Part shown: positions 27,945 through 38,060 of the stretch, piece by piece
Layout: the number at the start of each line of letters is the position of its first letter
Numbering within the stretch: position 1 is the first letter of the stretch
Source of the DNA: an uncultured Gammaproteobacteria bacterium
GTDB lineage: Bacteria > Pseudomonadota > Gammaproteobacteria > Steroidobacterales > MnTg04
NCBI GenBank assembly: GCA_964568075.1
Contig: CAZMOM010000009.1
Location: 22,016 to 86,015 of the forward strand
DNA: 64,000 nucleotides
Reading direction: 5' to 3'
The notes under the pieces: model-generated
The model's input: only the letters and a program-made list of their open reading frames with translations
Database searches by the model: none
What the model was told of the DNA's origin: nothing
Made by a program: the position numbers and the translations under genes

Positions 27945-28246
27945 TGTCGTTTTATCGTTGGGACAATGAGAACCTGATTATCGACCTGCGGATACAACCG
28001 CGGGCCAGTCAGTGTGCGTTTGCCGGGCCGTACGGACAACGCTACAAAGTCAGGCTGACCGCGACGCCCGCTGACAATAAGGCCAACCAACAGCTTGCGA
28101 ATTTCCTTGGAAAGTCTTTCACAGTGGCTCCGTCACACATCCGGATTCTCTCCGGCGGAACCGGCCGCAACAAACGGGTTTTGATCCAAGCTCCGGGCAC
28201 CATACCACCAGTGCTTCGCGAGGCCGGTATTCGCAATCCAGAATAG
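27944..28246 (+). CDS. yggU: DUF167 / YggU family protein
   Basis: RIQPRAS, KVRLTA.P.DNKAN..L..FL, I.SGGT.R.K. TGATG overlap with the yggT stop. Confidence 0.9.
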   Translation: MSFYRWDNENLIIDLRIQPRASQCAFAGPYGQRYKVRLTATPADNKANQQLANFLGKSFTVAPSHIRILSGGTGRNKRVLIQAPGTIPPVLREAGIRNPE

Positions 28247-28270
28247 AGCGCCTGGAGATCATTAGTGCTC

Positions 28271-28732
28271 TTATTTCTGACTCGCCAGCACCCGGTTGCG
28301 GATTTTCATCAAGCTCGTATTACGCACATACAATAAGTCGGCGACTTTCCGTACCAACGCATCCTCCAACGGATCGAGATATTCGTCCGCGTAAGCAATA
28401 CGCCACATCATTTCAAGCAACCTCTCCCGCTCCTCGTTCGTCAGAGACCGATGCAACACGCTCGTAAATTCGTGCAGTGAAACCGATTCGTTCGCCTGTA
28501 AACTGGCGTATTCAAACAACGTCGCCACCTCGTCCACGTCAAGAGTGAAATGATTTCTCAGCAACTCAAGTATCAATTCCGCGTCGTCACCTTCGCTGTA
28601 ATGATCAGCTCCGCCCATTTCCACGAGCAACGCAGCGGTTGCCAGCCTCAGCGCATTCTCATGGCTGTGGCTTTGATCATTGCCGGCAGATTCGAATTGC
28701 TGCTTGAGCGCTGTGACAACCAATTTCAACAT
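28271..28732 (-). CDS. TerB family (tellurite-resistance-like) protein
   Basis: LATAALLVEM..AD, SLHEFTS.L, LLEMMWRIAYAD..LD..E..LVRKVADLLYV pattern. Confidence 0.8.
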   Translation of the reverse strand: MLKLVVTALKQQFESAGNDQSHSHENALRLATAALLVEMGGADHYSEGDDAELILELLRNHFTLDVDEVATLFEYASLQANESVSLHEFTSVLHRSLTNEERERLLEMMWRIAYADEYLDPLEDALVRKVADLLYVRNTSLMKIRNRVLASQK

Positions 28733-28766
28733 GATTAGTTTCTGAAAGGATCAGTGAGATACCTGT

Positions 28767-29399
28767 TCAGGCTACCCCCATTTCAAGGAGTTTTTCTGTC
28801 ACTGTGTCGCGTAAAAGATTCAGCTTGCCATGAAAAAAATGTCCGCAGCCTTTCGCGATAAATATTTCTGGCGGCGTGTCCAGCTGTGCCAGCCATTTCA
28901 TGTTCTCTTCGCAATTCACCGTCGTGTCGGCTTCGCCGTGAATCAGGAGCCACGGGCACCCTGGGTTCATCGTCTCGCTATACTCCAGTCGATGCACAGC
29001 GGGTGCAACAGTAACCAGAAGGCTGGCGTCGGCCAGCGCCGCCGCTTGCAGTGCCACCACCCCACCGAAAGAAAATCCGGCCATCCAAAGCCTGGCGCCG
29101 GGAAATTTTTCTCGCATGTAGGCCGCGGCGGCCAGCGCATCCTGAATTTCGCCCCTGCCCTCGTCATAGAGCCCTGCGCTCGCGCCGACGCCACGAAAAT
29201 TGAAACGCAAGGTAGCGGCTCCCAGCCGTCGGAACGTACGCGCCAGCGTGTGCACGACTTTGTTCGTCATCGTGCCATGATATAGAGGGTGCGGATGACA
29301 AATAACGGCTGCTCTTGCTGCCCCATCTCGCGGAATTTCCAACAGGGATTCGAGAGCGCCGGCAGGGCCTTGAATAATTACTTTTTCAACGCGGGCCAT
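28767..29399 (-). CDS. alpha/beta hydrolase family protein
   Basis: GPAGALE, CHPHPLYHGTMTNKVV, RFNFRGVG, nucleophile GFSFGG, IHGEADT, HFFHG. Start re-called to ATG 29399. Confidence 0.88.
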   Translation of the reverse strand: MARVEKVIIQGPAGALESLLEIPRDGAARAAVICHPHPLYHGTMTNKVVHTLARTFRRLGAATLRFNFRGVGASAGLYDEGRGEIQDALAAAAYMREKFPGARLWMAGFSFGGVVALQAAALADASLLVTVAPAVHRLEYSETMNPGCPWLLIHGEADTTVNCEENMKWLAQLDTPPEIFIAKGCGHFFHGKLNLLRDTVTEKLLEMGVA

Positions 29400-31253
29400 T
29401 GGATTCGTGATCGGCGTTTTCGTTTCCGGACTTTTCCTGATCTTCGACATTCTGGTCCACTGTACGTTCCGGACCATAGTAGACAACCGTTTCACCCACT
29501 CCGGGTTCGGGTTCGGTGTCTGTCGAAATAAACTGAACCTTGAGGTTCTCATCAAGCACCAGAAGTTTAATGGCCTCGCTCGGGCAATCCCCTAGAAAGT
29601 CACTGTATGAGTAATTCTCTGTGATCCGCGTCTTGTAAAAAGTCCAGGCCCTGACATGCTGGCGCCAGAGTTTTTCGAAAACAGCCTGTTCGTCGAATGC
29701 CATGCGACCTCTTAACCCTCGGGCGACCCCCGAGGGTCGTCCTCCCCCTGTTCCCCCATCGGTAATTGAAATGCTTGGCTTCGACCGACTTCAGGCGCCA
29801 ATGCGGTACAGACGAGCGAGTTGTATGAGTCATTGTTGGTTGCCGCCAGCACCGTCCCCATACGACCCAACTCAATCGACTCCTCCGCGAACTCTGAAAG
29901 TATCTCGCCATAAAAAACTTTGATGCCCGCAAGACGCGCGGTACGAAGGTTGTGCCACGAACTATCCACCACCAGGACAGGCACCCCCAGGTTGTGCAGC
30001 GTTCGCGCGAAATCAACGGTCCATGGCGTCGCACCCACCAGTAGCACGCCGTCGCGGCTGGTGTCGGCCAGGCCAAGACGACTTGCCAGCCAGTTTATCG
30101 AGAGGCCATGCAATGTGATCGTCGAAAAAATCACCACAAATACCAGTGGCAGCTAAGCGTCGGCACCGGAAAACCCCTGTTCGGCCAATTTTGGCGCCAT
30201 CACGCCGGCGGTGGCCGCCGCGACGATGCCCCTGGGTGCGATCCAGGCCAGCAATAATCTGTCTTTCCATTCCACGTCGGAGCCGATCGTCGATATCAGG
30301 ATACTGGCGGGCCGGGTCAGGAATAAAACCGCTGCCACAAGGAGAATCCCCCTGTAATCCAGTGCGGCGAACCGGGCAAATTCCAAATCGGCTGTCAGCA
30401 TGACAAAAACCATCGCGACCAGCATGATGCTGATGTACTCCTTGAAGCGCTTCATGTCCTGAATGCTCGGCAGATTCATATTGCCGACGACCATACCCAT
30501 GATCGTGACTGCAAGCAGGCCAGCCTCGTTCTGTACGACATTGGTGACCGCAAAAATGACCAGTACTGCAGTCAGCATCACCGGTGATTTAAGATACTCG
30601 GGGACATGCCCGTGGATATACGCTTTTCCGATCAACCAGCCACCGACACCGCCCAGAAGCACGCCCGCCAATATCGCCCGGCCCAGGCCGCCGGCAAGTG
30701 GCGACAAACCTGGCTCGCCGCCGGACAGAACAAAAAACTGGAACACCAGAACCGCGAGCAACGCGCCCATCGGGTCGTTGATGATCGCTTCCCACTTGAA
30801 GTAAGAGGCGGTGCGGCGATTCAGACCCGCTTGCCGCAGCATCGGGATAATCACCGTCGGTCCGGTCACGACCATAATCGCACCGAACACCAGCGAAACG
30901 GCCCAGCCGAGTCCGGCCAAATAATGCGCCGCGCAACCAGCCAGCAACCACGCCAGCGGCGGACCGAAATAAGTCAGCCTGCGAACGCCCATGCCGGCAA
31001 GTTTAAGATCGCGAAGCTGCAGGCTAAGGCCGCCTTCAAAAAGAATCACCGCAACACAAAGACTAATGGTTGGCTGGAACAGAGATCCGAGATCTTCGCT
31101 GGGATCGATTAATCCGAGTACCGGGCCGGCGATCAGACCGGCTAATGACATCAGCAAAATCGCCGGAACGCGCGTGCGCCAGGCCGCCCACAACGCCAGC
31201 ACCCCCAATGCCACGACAGCGACCAGACCAAGAATCAGATATTGCTGATGCAA
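29386..31253 (-). pseudogene. CPA1 (NhaP-like) cation:proton antiporter with C-terminal NAD-binding/TrkA-like domain, disrupted by an in-frame TAG and a 1-nt frameshift
   Basis: Three track ORFs (30153-31283, 29712-30137, 29386-29703) form one reading. It runs ...PRGIVAAA..GADA-TAG(30155-30153)-LPLVFVVIFST in frame, then DDPRG needs one extra G in the G5 run (~29727-29731) to continue VARGLRGRMAFDEQ. Motifs EAIINDPMG and VILFEGGL. Likely TTG start 31253. Confidence 0.85.
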
Positions 31254-31416
31254 GCGGCTCTCCTGGCAAATCGTGCCGCGCAAGTATTACATGGCCTTGC
31301 GGTCCGGGCACACCCGGCCGCAAGGCATCTCTGGATAATCAGACCGGATATACCCTAAAATTGGTGGCCTGCCGTAAGCCCAAGCGGCTTGTTTTTTTGT
31401 TCCCCGGAGGCGTGTC

Positions 31417-32634
31417 ATGAATTCTACGATCGAACTGGAAAAGCGCTATTGCGCACACAACTATCATCCGTTGCCGGTCGTGCTGGTTCGCGGCGAAGGA
31501 GTCCATGTCTGGGACGATGAAGGCAACAAGTATCTCGATATGATGAGTGCGTACTCTGCAGTCAGTCATGGTCATGCCGATCCGCGGCTGGTCAAAGTCT
31601 TGAGTGATCAGGCAGCCACCCTGAACATCGTTTCCAGGGCATTTCATTCAGACAAACTGGCCCCATTCCTGCAACGCGCCTGTGAGTTGACCGGCCAGGA
31701 CATGGCGCTGCCCATGAACACCGGCTCCGAAGCGGTCGAGACAGCATTAAAAGCTGCGCGCAAATGGGCATATGAAGTTAAAGGCGTCGCCACGGATCAG
31801 GCGGAGATTATTTCTTGCGAGGGGAATTTTCACGGTCGTACAATAGCCATCGTCGGACTCTCTTCGGATCCGGAGTACCAAAAAGGCTTCGGACCTTTCC
31901 CGGGTGGCCTGAAAACGATCAGTTATGCCGATTCGGCTGCGTTGGAGGGGGCGATAACCGAAAAAACGGCTGCGTTCCTGGTCGAGCCGATCCAGGGCGA
32001 GGGGGGCATCAATATTCCGCCCGACGGCTATCTGAGTGAATGTGCGGAAATTTGCCGCCGACACAATGTCCTGCTGATTTGCGACGAAGTCCAGACCGGC
32101 CTCGGCCGCACCGGGAAACTGCTCGCCTGTGACCACGAAAACGTCAAGCCGGATGGCTTAATCCTCGGTAAGGCGCTGGGTGGCGGAATTCTCCCGGTAT
32201 CCCTTTTTCTCGCACGCCGGGAGGTCATGGACGTATTCCAGCCTGGTACACACGGAAGCACCTTTGGCGGCAACGCCCTGGCTGCGACAGTCGGACTCGA
32301 AGCGCTCAACATTCTGATCGAAGACGATCTGGCACAACACAGTCAGGAAATGGGCGAGTATTTTCTTGGCCGGTTGAAAACGATCAACAGCGCACTGATC
32401 AGCGAGTTGCGCGGCAAAGGACTGTTTATCGGAATGGAAATTGATCCGGCGAAGGCGACCGCGCGGGAAATTTGCGAGCGTCTGATGAAGAAGGGGCTGC
32501 TGAGTAAAGAAACTCACGAAACCGTGGTTCGTTTTGCACCGCCGCTGATCGTTACGCGCGAACAGCTGGACTGGGCGTTTGAGCAGATCAGCGCCGTCCT
32601 GGCGGACATGGAGCGAATGGCCAAAGCATCGTGA
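31417..32634 (+). CDS. rocD: ornithine--oxo-acid aminotransferase
   Basis: AHNYHPLPVV, YLDMMSAYSAVSHGH, MNTGSEAVETA, EPIQGEGG, DEVQTGLGRTG, LGKALGGG, HGSTFGGN. GGAGG RBS. Confidence 0.95.
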   Translation: MNSTIELEKRYCAHNYHPLPVVLVRGEGVHVWDDEGNKYLDMMSAYSAVSHGHADPRLVKVLSDQAATLNIVSRAFHSDKLAPFLQRACELTGQDMALPMNTGSEAVETALKAARKWAYEVKGVATDQAEIISCEGNFHGRTIAIVGLSSDPEYQKGFGPFPGGLKTISYADSAALEGAITEKTAAFLVEPIQGEGGINIPPDGYLSECAEICRRHNVLLICDEVQTGLGRTGKLLACDHENVKPDGLILGKALGGGILPVSLFLARREVMDVFQPGTHGSTFGGNALAATVGLEALNILIEDDLAQHSQEMGEYFLGRLKTINSALISELRGKGLFIGMEIDPAKATAREICERLMKKGLLSKETHETVVRFAPPLIVTREQLDWAFEQISAVLADMERMAKAS

Positions 32635-32690
32635 GCGGGATTTAAGCAAACCAGCGGTGATTTCTTTGCGGAGAATTGGCGGAGGTTCTC

Positions 32691-33320
32691 ATGTACCTGA
32701 AGATCGAAGAATTTGATAATCAGCAAGCCATACCGGGTGTGTTGGCATTTGCAGTTATTGACCCGGTTGAGCACGTAAAACTCAGCGCGAATCGCAACCC
32801 GACCCTGCGCTGGGGCGGCTTGCCCGACGGCACGCGTTCGCTGGTGTTACTGTGTGTCGATGACACAGTCCCGACTAGGCCGGATGACGTGAACCAGGAA
32901 GACAGAGAGGTGCCGGAGGATTTACCGCGAACCGATTTTTATCATTGGGTCATGGTCGATATTCCACCATCGGCTGACGGCATAGCCGGAGGCAGTTGTT
33001 CGAACGGTGTAACCGCGAGAGGCAAACAACAGCCAGCCGGACCTGATGGCTCACGGCAAGGCATCAACGATTACACCGGCTGGTTTGCCGGCGATGAAGC
33101 GATGAGCGGTAATTATTTCGGATATGACGGTCCGTGCCCGCCATGGAACGACAGCCTGGTTCATCAATACCATTTCGTTTTGTACGCGAGCGACCTGGAA
33201 AGGTGTGAGGTCGACGGCGCATTCACCGGCGGCGATGTTGTCGCGGCCCTGCAAGAGCATATACTCGGAGAAGCAAGCGTTACCGGACTGTATACCCTGA
33301 ATCCCCGGCTCGCTGGCTGA
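32691..33320 (+). CDS. YbhB/YbcL family Raf kinase inhibitor-like (PEBP) protein
   Basis: NRNPTLRW, FYHWVMVDIP, GYDGPCPPWND..HQYHF. GGAGG RBS before ATG 32691. Confidence 0.92.
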   Translation: MYLKIEEFDNQQAIPGVLAFAVIDPVEHVKLSANRNPTLRWGGLPDGTRSLVLLCVDDTVPTRPDDVNQEDREVPEDLPRTDFYHWVMVDIPPSADGIAGGSCSNGVTARGKQQPAGPDGSRQGINDYTGWFAGDEAMSGNYFGYDGPCPPWNDSLVHQYHFVLYASDLERCEVDGAFTGGDVVAALQEHILGEASVTGLYTLNPRLAG

Positions 33321-33326
33321 TCGCCC

Positions 33327-33791
33327 TCAACCAGCGTCTCCCGCTGTGCTGAATTCCACGACCTCTATGCGTTTCTCTGAAGCGGGTCCCGGCACTGCCG
33401 GTTCGAAGCGTCGCTGACGAACTTCCTCGATGGCCTGACGCTCGTATACCCCTTCCGGAAACGCGTTCAGAACTTTTATCCGGTCAACGCTGCCATCGAC
33501 GCCGACCCAGACTTCCAGCTCGACAAAGCCCCTGCTCGCGTTGCTCGTGGTCGGGCCGGGCAGTTCCAGCCTCGGCACCGCTACCGGATCCGGCGGCGGG
33601 CGATTTTCACCCAGTTCGGCGGCGAGGTCCGCCCGTCGAAACTCGTCAAGCAACTCGACAGGGTGTGCCTGCAGTCCGGCTGCATCAGGCTCGTGAAATT
33701 GCCCGTAAATTTCGAGTCCCGTTATCAGCAACAATAGAACCACGACGATCGCGGCCAGAAATGATCCCAGTATTCTGAACGCCGTGACCAT
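33327..33791 (-). CDS. TonB C-terminal domain membrane protein
   Basis: N-terminal TM, Pro-rich linker, G.V.LEV.V..DGSV..IKV..A.P.GV.E..A pattern. Confidence 0.7.
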   Translation of the reverse strand: MVTAFRILGSFLAAIVVVLLLLITGLEIYGQFHEPDAAGLQAHPVELLDEFRRADLAAELGENRPPPDPVAVPRLELPGPTTSNASRGFVELEVWVGVDGSVDRIKVLNAFPEGVYERQAIEEVRQRRFEPAVPGPASEKRIEVVEFSTAGDAG

Positions 33792-33795
33792 TTTT

Positions 33796-35106
33796 CTATT
33801 GTCTTGCGCGGTCAGTCTGACGCTTTACCACGACGCCGCCTTGCATGACAAAGCTGATGTCCTGCAACACCGAAATATCACGCAGCGGATCTTCGTCGAG
33901 CGCGATAATATCGGCGAATCGTCCCGGACGAATTGAGCCCAGGTTATCCATCTGCTCAAGCAGCTCGGCCGCCACCGAAGTAGCCGACATGATCGCCTCC
34001 ATTGGCGACATACCGCCCTCTACCATGTAAACAAATTCCCTGGCGTTTGAGCCGTGGGCGCCGACTCCACTGTCCGTGCCAAAAGCGATAGTTACTCCCT
34101 TCTTGTACGCTCTGGCGAAGGTTCTTTCGATAACCGGGCCGATAGCCGCTGCCTTTACTCTGATCATTTCGGGAAAATAGCCGGGCTCCAGGGCTTTTTC
34201 AGCGACAAATTTCCCGGCGGAAATCGTCGGCACAAAAAAAGTGCCATGCTTTTTCATCAGGGCCATGGCTTCGTCATCCATAAAAGTACCATGTTCGATG
34301 CTTCTGACACCGGCGCGAATCGCTCTCTTCATTCCCTCGGCGCCGTGCGCATGCGCGGCGACATGAAAACCATAATCCCTCGCCGTCGCTACCAGCGCTT
34401 CCAGCTCCCGCTCCAGAAATTGTGGATTCTGACCACTTTTTGCCGGGCTCAGCACGCCACCCGTGGCGGTAATCTTTATCAAGTCGGCACCGTCTTTGTA
34501 CCGCTGCCGCACCGCCTGTGCCGCCTGCGATGGTCCGTTGACAACGCCGTCCGCCGGACCCGGATCTCCTTCAATAATATCGGCCCAGTTATTGGTCGGA
34601 TCGCCATGGCCGCCGGTTGTGGCGATGGATTTCCCGGCGCTGAATATTCTGGGTCCGCTCGCTTCGCCCCGCGTAATCGCGTTACGCAATGCGATGGCGG
34701 CGTTATACCGGCCACCCAGATCGCGAACCGTCGTAAATCCGGCTTGCAGGGTAACTCTCGCAAAATGTGCGGCCATCAAAGCATAGTCCGCACCATTCAG
34801 CGTGAACCGCTCCATGTAGCTGCGGCTATGGTTCTGGTGGTCCAGGTGCGTGTGCATATCCATAAGCCCGGGCAACACCGTTTGCGACGACAGATCAATC
34901 AACGTGTCGCCGCCAGCGGGCTCCAAAAACCCATCTTCGACACCGACGATCCGCTCACCCTCGACAACGATGGTGATTTCAGAACGATAAGTCTTCGAAA
35001 CACCGTCGATCAGGCGACCTGCATGAATCAGTGTTCTCGCGTCAGCCGTCTGAACCAGCATCGCGAGCGACGCCCCGACGACCCACCCGGTAATAATTCT
35101 CAACAT
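33796..35106 (-). CDS. secreted metal-dependent amidohydrolase (Xaa-Pro dipeptidase-like)
   Basis: Signal peptide, [48 protein letters not shown]. Start re-called to ATG 35106. Confidence 0.88.
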   Translation of the reverse strand: MLRIITGWVVGASLAMLVQTADARTLIHAGRLIDGVSKTYRSEITIVVEGERIVGVEDGFLEPAGGDTLIDLSSQTVLPGLMDMHTHLDHQNHSRSYMERFTLNGADYALMAAHFARVTLQAGFTTVRDLGGRYNAAIALRNAITRGEASGPRIFSAGKSIATTGGHGDPTNNWADIIEGDPGPADGVVNGPSQAAQAVRQRYKDGADLIKITATGGVLSPAKSGQNPQFLERELEALVATARDYGFHVAAHAHGAEGMKRAIRAGVRSIEHGTFMDDEAMALMKKHGTFFVPTISAGKFVAEKALEPGYFPEMIRVKAAAIGPVIERTFARAYKKGVTIAFGTDSGVGAHGSNAREFVYMVEGGMSPMEAIMSATSVAAELLEQMDNLGSIRPGRFADIIALDEDPLRDISVLQDISFVMQGGVVVKRQTDRARQ

Positions 35107-35122
35107 GTTCCCGTCCTTTCGA

Positions 35123-35644
35123 TTATTCGTTGGTCTTTTTCCGTGCATCGATCGACCGTGCAAAGAAATCCTGCCAGGTGTGGTTCGGCTCCCAGATCGC
35201 CGTCACATCGATCATCGCTTGGTCGCTATCTGCACCCTGCTCGAGGACCCGGTATAGGTAGGTCATCGCCGACGCCCGGTAATTTGCGAAGCAGTGAATC
35301 AGGATTTTTTTCTCCGGATTACCGGCTATCGTCAACAGAAATGCATCCAGTTCGTCTGCTGACGGTGATTTCCACGAGACCGGCAAATGTATGTAAGTGA
35401 GACCTTCCATAAGCGCTTCACTGGCTTCGTCTGCATCAAATTCGTCGCGGATATCGACGATCATCTGATAATCATGATTGGCGAGCCAGCGGACGCCGCC
35501 GACGGACAAGGCGCCGCCGGTTCCCAGTCGCTCCGACACGACGTAATAATTGCGTATTGGTACCTGCTCGCCGTCGCCGGCCGGGGCCGCCTGCAAATTC
35601 GCAACTGCCAACAGGGCAAACATCAGCAAATAGCCCTTTCTCAT
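35123..35644 (-). CDS. secreted protein-tyrosine-phosphatase-like protein (DUF442/BLH-like)
   Basis: Signal peptide, [11 protein letters not shown] and [13 protein letters not shown]-loop-like motif. Confidence 0.7.
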   Translation of the reverse strand: MRKGYLLMFALLAVANLQAAPAGDGEQVPIRNYYVVSERLGTGGALSVGGVRWLANHDYQMIVDIRDEFDADEASEALMEGLTYIHLPVSWKSPSADELDAFLLTIAGNPEKKILIHCFANYRASAMTYLYRVLEQGADSDQAMIDVTAIWEPNHTWQDFFARSIDARKKTNE

Positions 35645-36159
35645 CAGCGGATACCCAGCAATTCGACATCGAACAACAAGGTTGCATTCGGCGGAATAAC
35701 GTCGCCTGAACCGCTACTGCCATAACCGAGTTCAGGAGGAATAATCAACATGCGCCGTTCGCCAACCTGCATCCCCGCGACACCGAGATCCCATCCCTGA
35801 ATTACGCGGCTGGCGCCCAGTGGAAAACTATACGGCTGATTGCGGTCCCGTGAACTGTCGAATTTTTCTCCCTTGCCCTCAGGTTGATCCTCGTCATACA
35901 ACCATCCTGTGTAATGCACCATCGCGCCATTTCCGGCCGCTATCGCCGGGCCGTCACCGGCGGCCAATTCGAGGTATTTTAGTCCGTTTTCCAGTTCGAC
36001 CAATACCGGCGCAGCCTGCTCTTCCGTAGCGACATCCGCGCTGGCGTCGGTTTGGGCCGTGCCGTTTTCGGTCGACATATTTTCGTCTGTGTTGGTTACC
36101 GCCGGGGAACCGCAGGCCGCCAGCGCAAAAATTACTGTAAAAAAGATTGAGCGTTGCAT
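35644..36159 (-). CDS. FKBP-type peptidyl-prolyl isomerase, lipoprotein
   Basis: Lipobox LAAC, HYTGWL, FDSS, VIQGWD.G..GM.VGE.R.L.IPPELGYG, IPPNATLLFDVELL. Confidence 0.95.
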   Translation of the reverse strand: MQRSIFFTVIFALAACGSPAVTNTDENMSTENGTAQTDASADVATEEQAAPVLVELENGLKYLELAAGDGPAIAAGNGAMVHYTGWLYDEDQPEGKGEKFDSSRDRNQPYSFPLGASRVIQGWDLGVAGMQVGERRMLIIPPELGYGSSGSGDVIPPNATLLFDVELLGIR

Positions 36160-36388
36160 GATTTCTCCTCTTTCATTCCGGTTGGACCGGGTGAGATTAG
36201 GCTGCCGGCAAGACGCGCCAAATAGTTTGTTCGTCTTGGGGAAGCTCTGATCTAATTATGGGCGAAGTAGATTGTGATCCAAAATGTTCAGATTCAAGGC
36301 GCGAAGCGCACGTAATAGCTAGTTATTGCGAAGATTTGTAACACAGAAGCTGAATGTTTTGGGCGCAAAATACGAGTCCATGAATAGA

Positions 36389-36841
36389 TCAGGGCTTCCT
36401 TGGATTCGAGGATGGAGTTTGGTTTTCTTCCGACTCTGCAAAATTTAATGCAGCCGAATTGATGCAGTATCGCCGTCCGCTGGGCATAGGACCGTCTTCG
36501 AAGACGTGGCCAAGGTGCGCCCCACATTCGGCGCAGCCAACTTCGGAGCGCAACATGCCCTGGCTGTGGTCGGCCTGGATACGTATGCGGTCTTCAGCCA
36601 GCGGCAGCCAGAAACTGGGCCATCCGGATCCCGAATCATACTTTGTTTCCGACTCGAATAAGTGACTGCCACACACAATGCATTCATAGGTGCCTTTTGC
36701 CTTATTGTGCAGCAGCCTGCCAGTAAATGGTCTTTCGGTCGCCTTTTCCTGCGTGACACTGTATTGCAGATCATCCAACCGGCTCAGGTCGGCCTGTTTA
36801 TTTCCTCCGTGTGGTTCCGGCGAAATTTTTTCGTGTTTCAT
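36389..36841 (-). CDS. msrB: peptide-methionine (R)-S-oxide reductase
   Basis: ATERPFTG, CIVC, KYDSGSGWPSF, CAEC.AHLGHVF.DGP, RYCINSAAL. GGAGG RBS before ATG 36841. Confidence 0.95.
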   Translation of the reverse strand: MKHEKISPEPHGGNKQADLSRLDDLQYSVTQEKATERPFTGRLLHNKAKGTYECIVCGSHLFESETKYDSGSGWPSFWLPLAEDRIRIQADHSQGMLRSEVGCAECGAHLGHVFEDGPMPSGRRYCINSAALNFAESEENQTPSSNPRKP

Positions 36842-36914
36842 CGCCCCCTCCTGTCTTCCAGATATTACACTGTGGTTCGGGGATAGGTCATGTGGTTGGC
36901 CGGCAGGAGACAGA

Positions 36915-37709
36915 ATGAAGCAGATCAGCGGGAGACAAGCATTGCTGACCGGTGCGACCGGAGGTCTCGGGCCATATATTGCCAAGACGCTGGCCGGGCA
37001 GGGAGTCAACCTTTTACTGACGGGCCGGCGCCGGGAATTATTGGAAGAGATTGCAGAAGGATTGCGAACGGATTCGGTCAACGTGGAATTTATCGTCGCC
37101 GATCTTGCCAATGATGACGACCGGCTGGCGTTGGCGAGCAAGGCCGCCGGTACCGATATTCTGATCAATAACGCCGGGCTGGAAGTGGTGGCGGCTTACC
37201 AGAACCAGGATCCGGCGGAGATTACCGCTAGCGTGCTGACCAACGTCCTCGCGCCGTTGTTGCTGACTCGTGAGTTGCTGCCCGGGATGCTGGAGAGAAA
37301 GTCTGGCCATATCATCAATATCGGGTCGCTGGCCGGTCGGCTGGGCATGCCTTATGGAAGCACCTATTCAGGTACCAAGGCAGCGCTCTCCGAATGGGGA
37401 TTATCGCTTTGGGTCGAGCTGCAGGGTACCGGCGTCGGTATCACCACTATCTGCCCGGGATTCGTCACCGATGTGGGCTTGTTCGCGCGCAAAGAGCGGC
37501 TCGCGCCGCGCAGTCTGGGAAGTTGTACGCCGGATCAGGTCGCAAACGCTGTACTGCGAGCCTTGAGTTCCAATAAGCCGGAAATAATGGTCAACAGTAT
37601 GCCGGTCAGACCGCTGATGGCGATCAAAAGTATCAGCCCGAATATGGCGATGAGTCTTGGCAATAGGCTGGGACTGGTTAAGTTCCTCCGCTCTTTGACC
37701 GAGCGATAA
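36915..37709 (+). CDS. short-chain dehydrogenase/reductase
   Basis: TGATGGLG, LINNAG, catalytic YSGTK. AGGAG RBS before ATG 36915. Confidence 0.9.
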   Translation: MKQISGRQALLTGATGGLGPYIAKTLAGQGVNLLLTGRRRELLEEIAEGLRTDSVNVEFIVADLANDDDRLALASKAAGTDILINNAGLEVVAAYQNQDPAEITASVLTNVLAPLLLTRELLPGMLERKSGHIINIGSLAGRLGMPYGSTYSGTKAALSEWGLSLWVELQGTGVGITTICPGFVTDVGLFARKERLAPRSLGSCTPDQVANAVLRALSSNKPEIMVNSMPVRPLMAIKSISPNMAMSLGNRLGLVKFLRSLTER

Positions 37710-37730
37710 TTTGAGAAAAGAGTGACGGGT

Positions 37731-37749
37731 TTACCGGCCCGGCCGGTAA
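37731..37749. terminator. near-perfect palindrome between convergent genes, probable terminator
   Basis: TTACCGGCC-C-GGCCGGTAA. No long U-tract. Confidence 0.45.
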
Positions 37750-37766
37750 TCGTATTGCGGAAGGAT

Positions 37767-37973
37767 TCAGTCGGTTTTTTTCTGGCCAGCCAGTTTCGCC
37801 AAATAAGGATCGCCGATTATTTCGTCGATCCGCGAGTCGCTGATTAGCGGGTCACTCTTTTCGGTTTTGGCGTTTTTTACCGCACTCATCTTTTTTTTCT
37901 GCGCGGCCGTCACTGGATCGTTTATCAGGCGGCTGCGATAACCGCGTCGTTCATTGTCGGCCGTCTTTTTCAC
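37767..37973 (-). CDS. small basic hypothetical protein (68 aa)
   Basis: GTG start with GGAG 7 nt upstream, directly behind a class II CRP-type promoter. Confidence 0.6.
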   Translation of the reverse strand: MKKTADNERRGYRSRLINDPVTAAQKKKMSAVKNAKTEKSDPLISDSRIDEIIGDPYLAKLAGQKKTD

Positions 37974-37997
37974 GCTCTTCTCCGGTTGAATCCGGAT

Positions 37998-38040
37998 AGT
38001 TTATGTTTTCGCGTAATGCCGTTATGTGACACACGTCACA
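37998..38040 (-). promoter_or_regulatory. class II CRP/Vfr-type promoter
   Basis: Perfect TGTGA-CACACG-TCACA (38025-38040), centred -41.5 relative to -10 TAAACT (38003-37998); predicted TSS 37991. Confidence 0.8.
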
Positions 38041-38060
38041 CCATTACCGGCTATCGGAAC

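Noticed and set aside
30153-30155. Pyrrolysine or programmed amber read-through
   Set aside because: No pyl genes in the window, the position is a TM Leu rather than a catalytic site, and a second downstream frameshift argues for decay.
36160-36388. 228-nt AT-richer gap between the FKBP gene and msrB
   Set aside because: Only weak palindromes (GTAATAGCTAGTTATTGC) and a lone TGTGA half-site. No supportable ORF or RNA.
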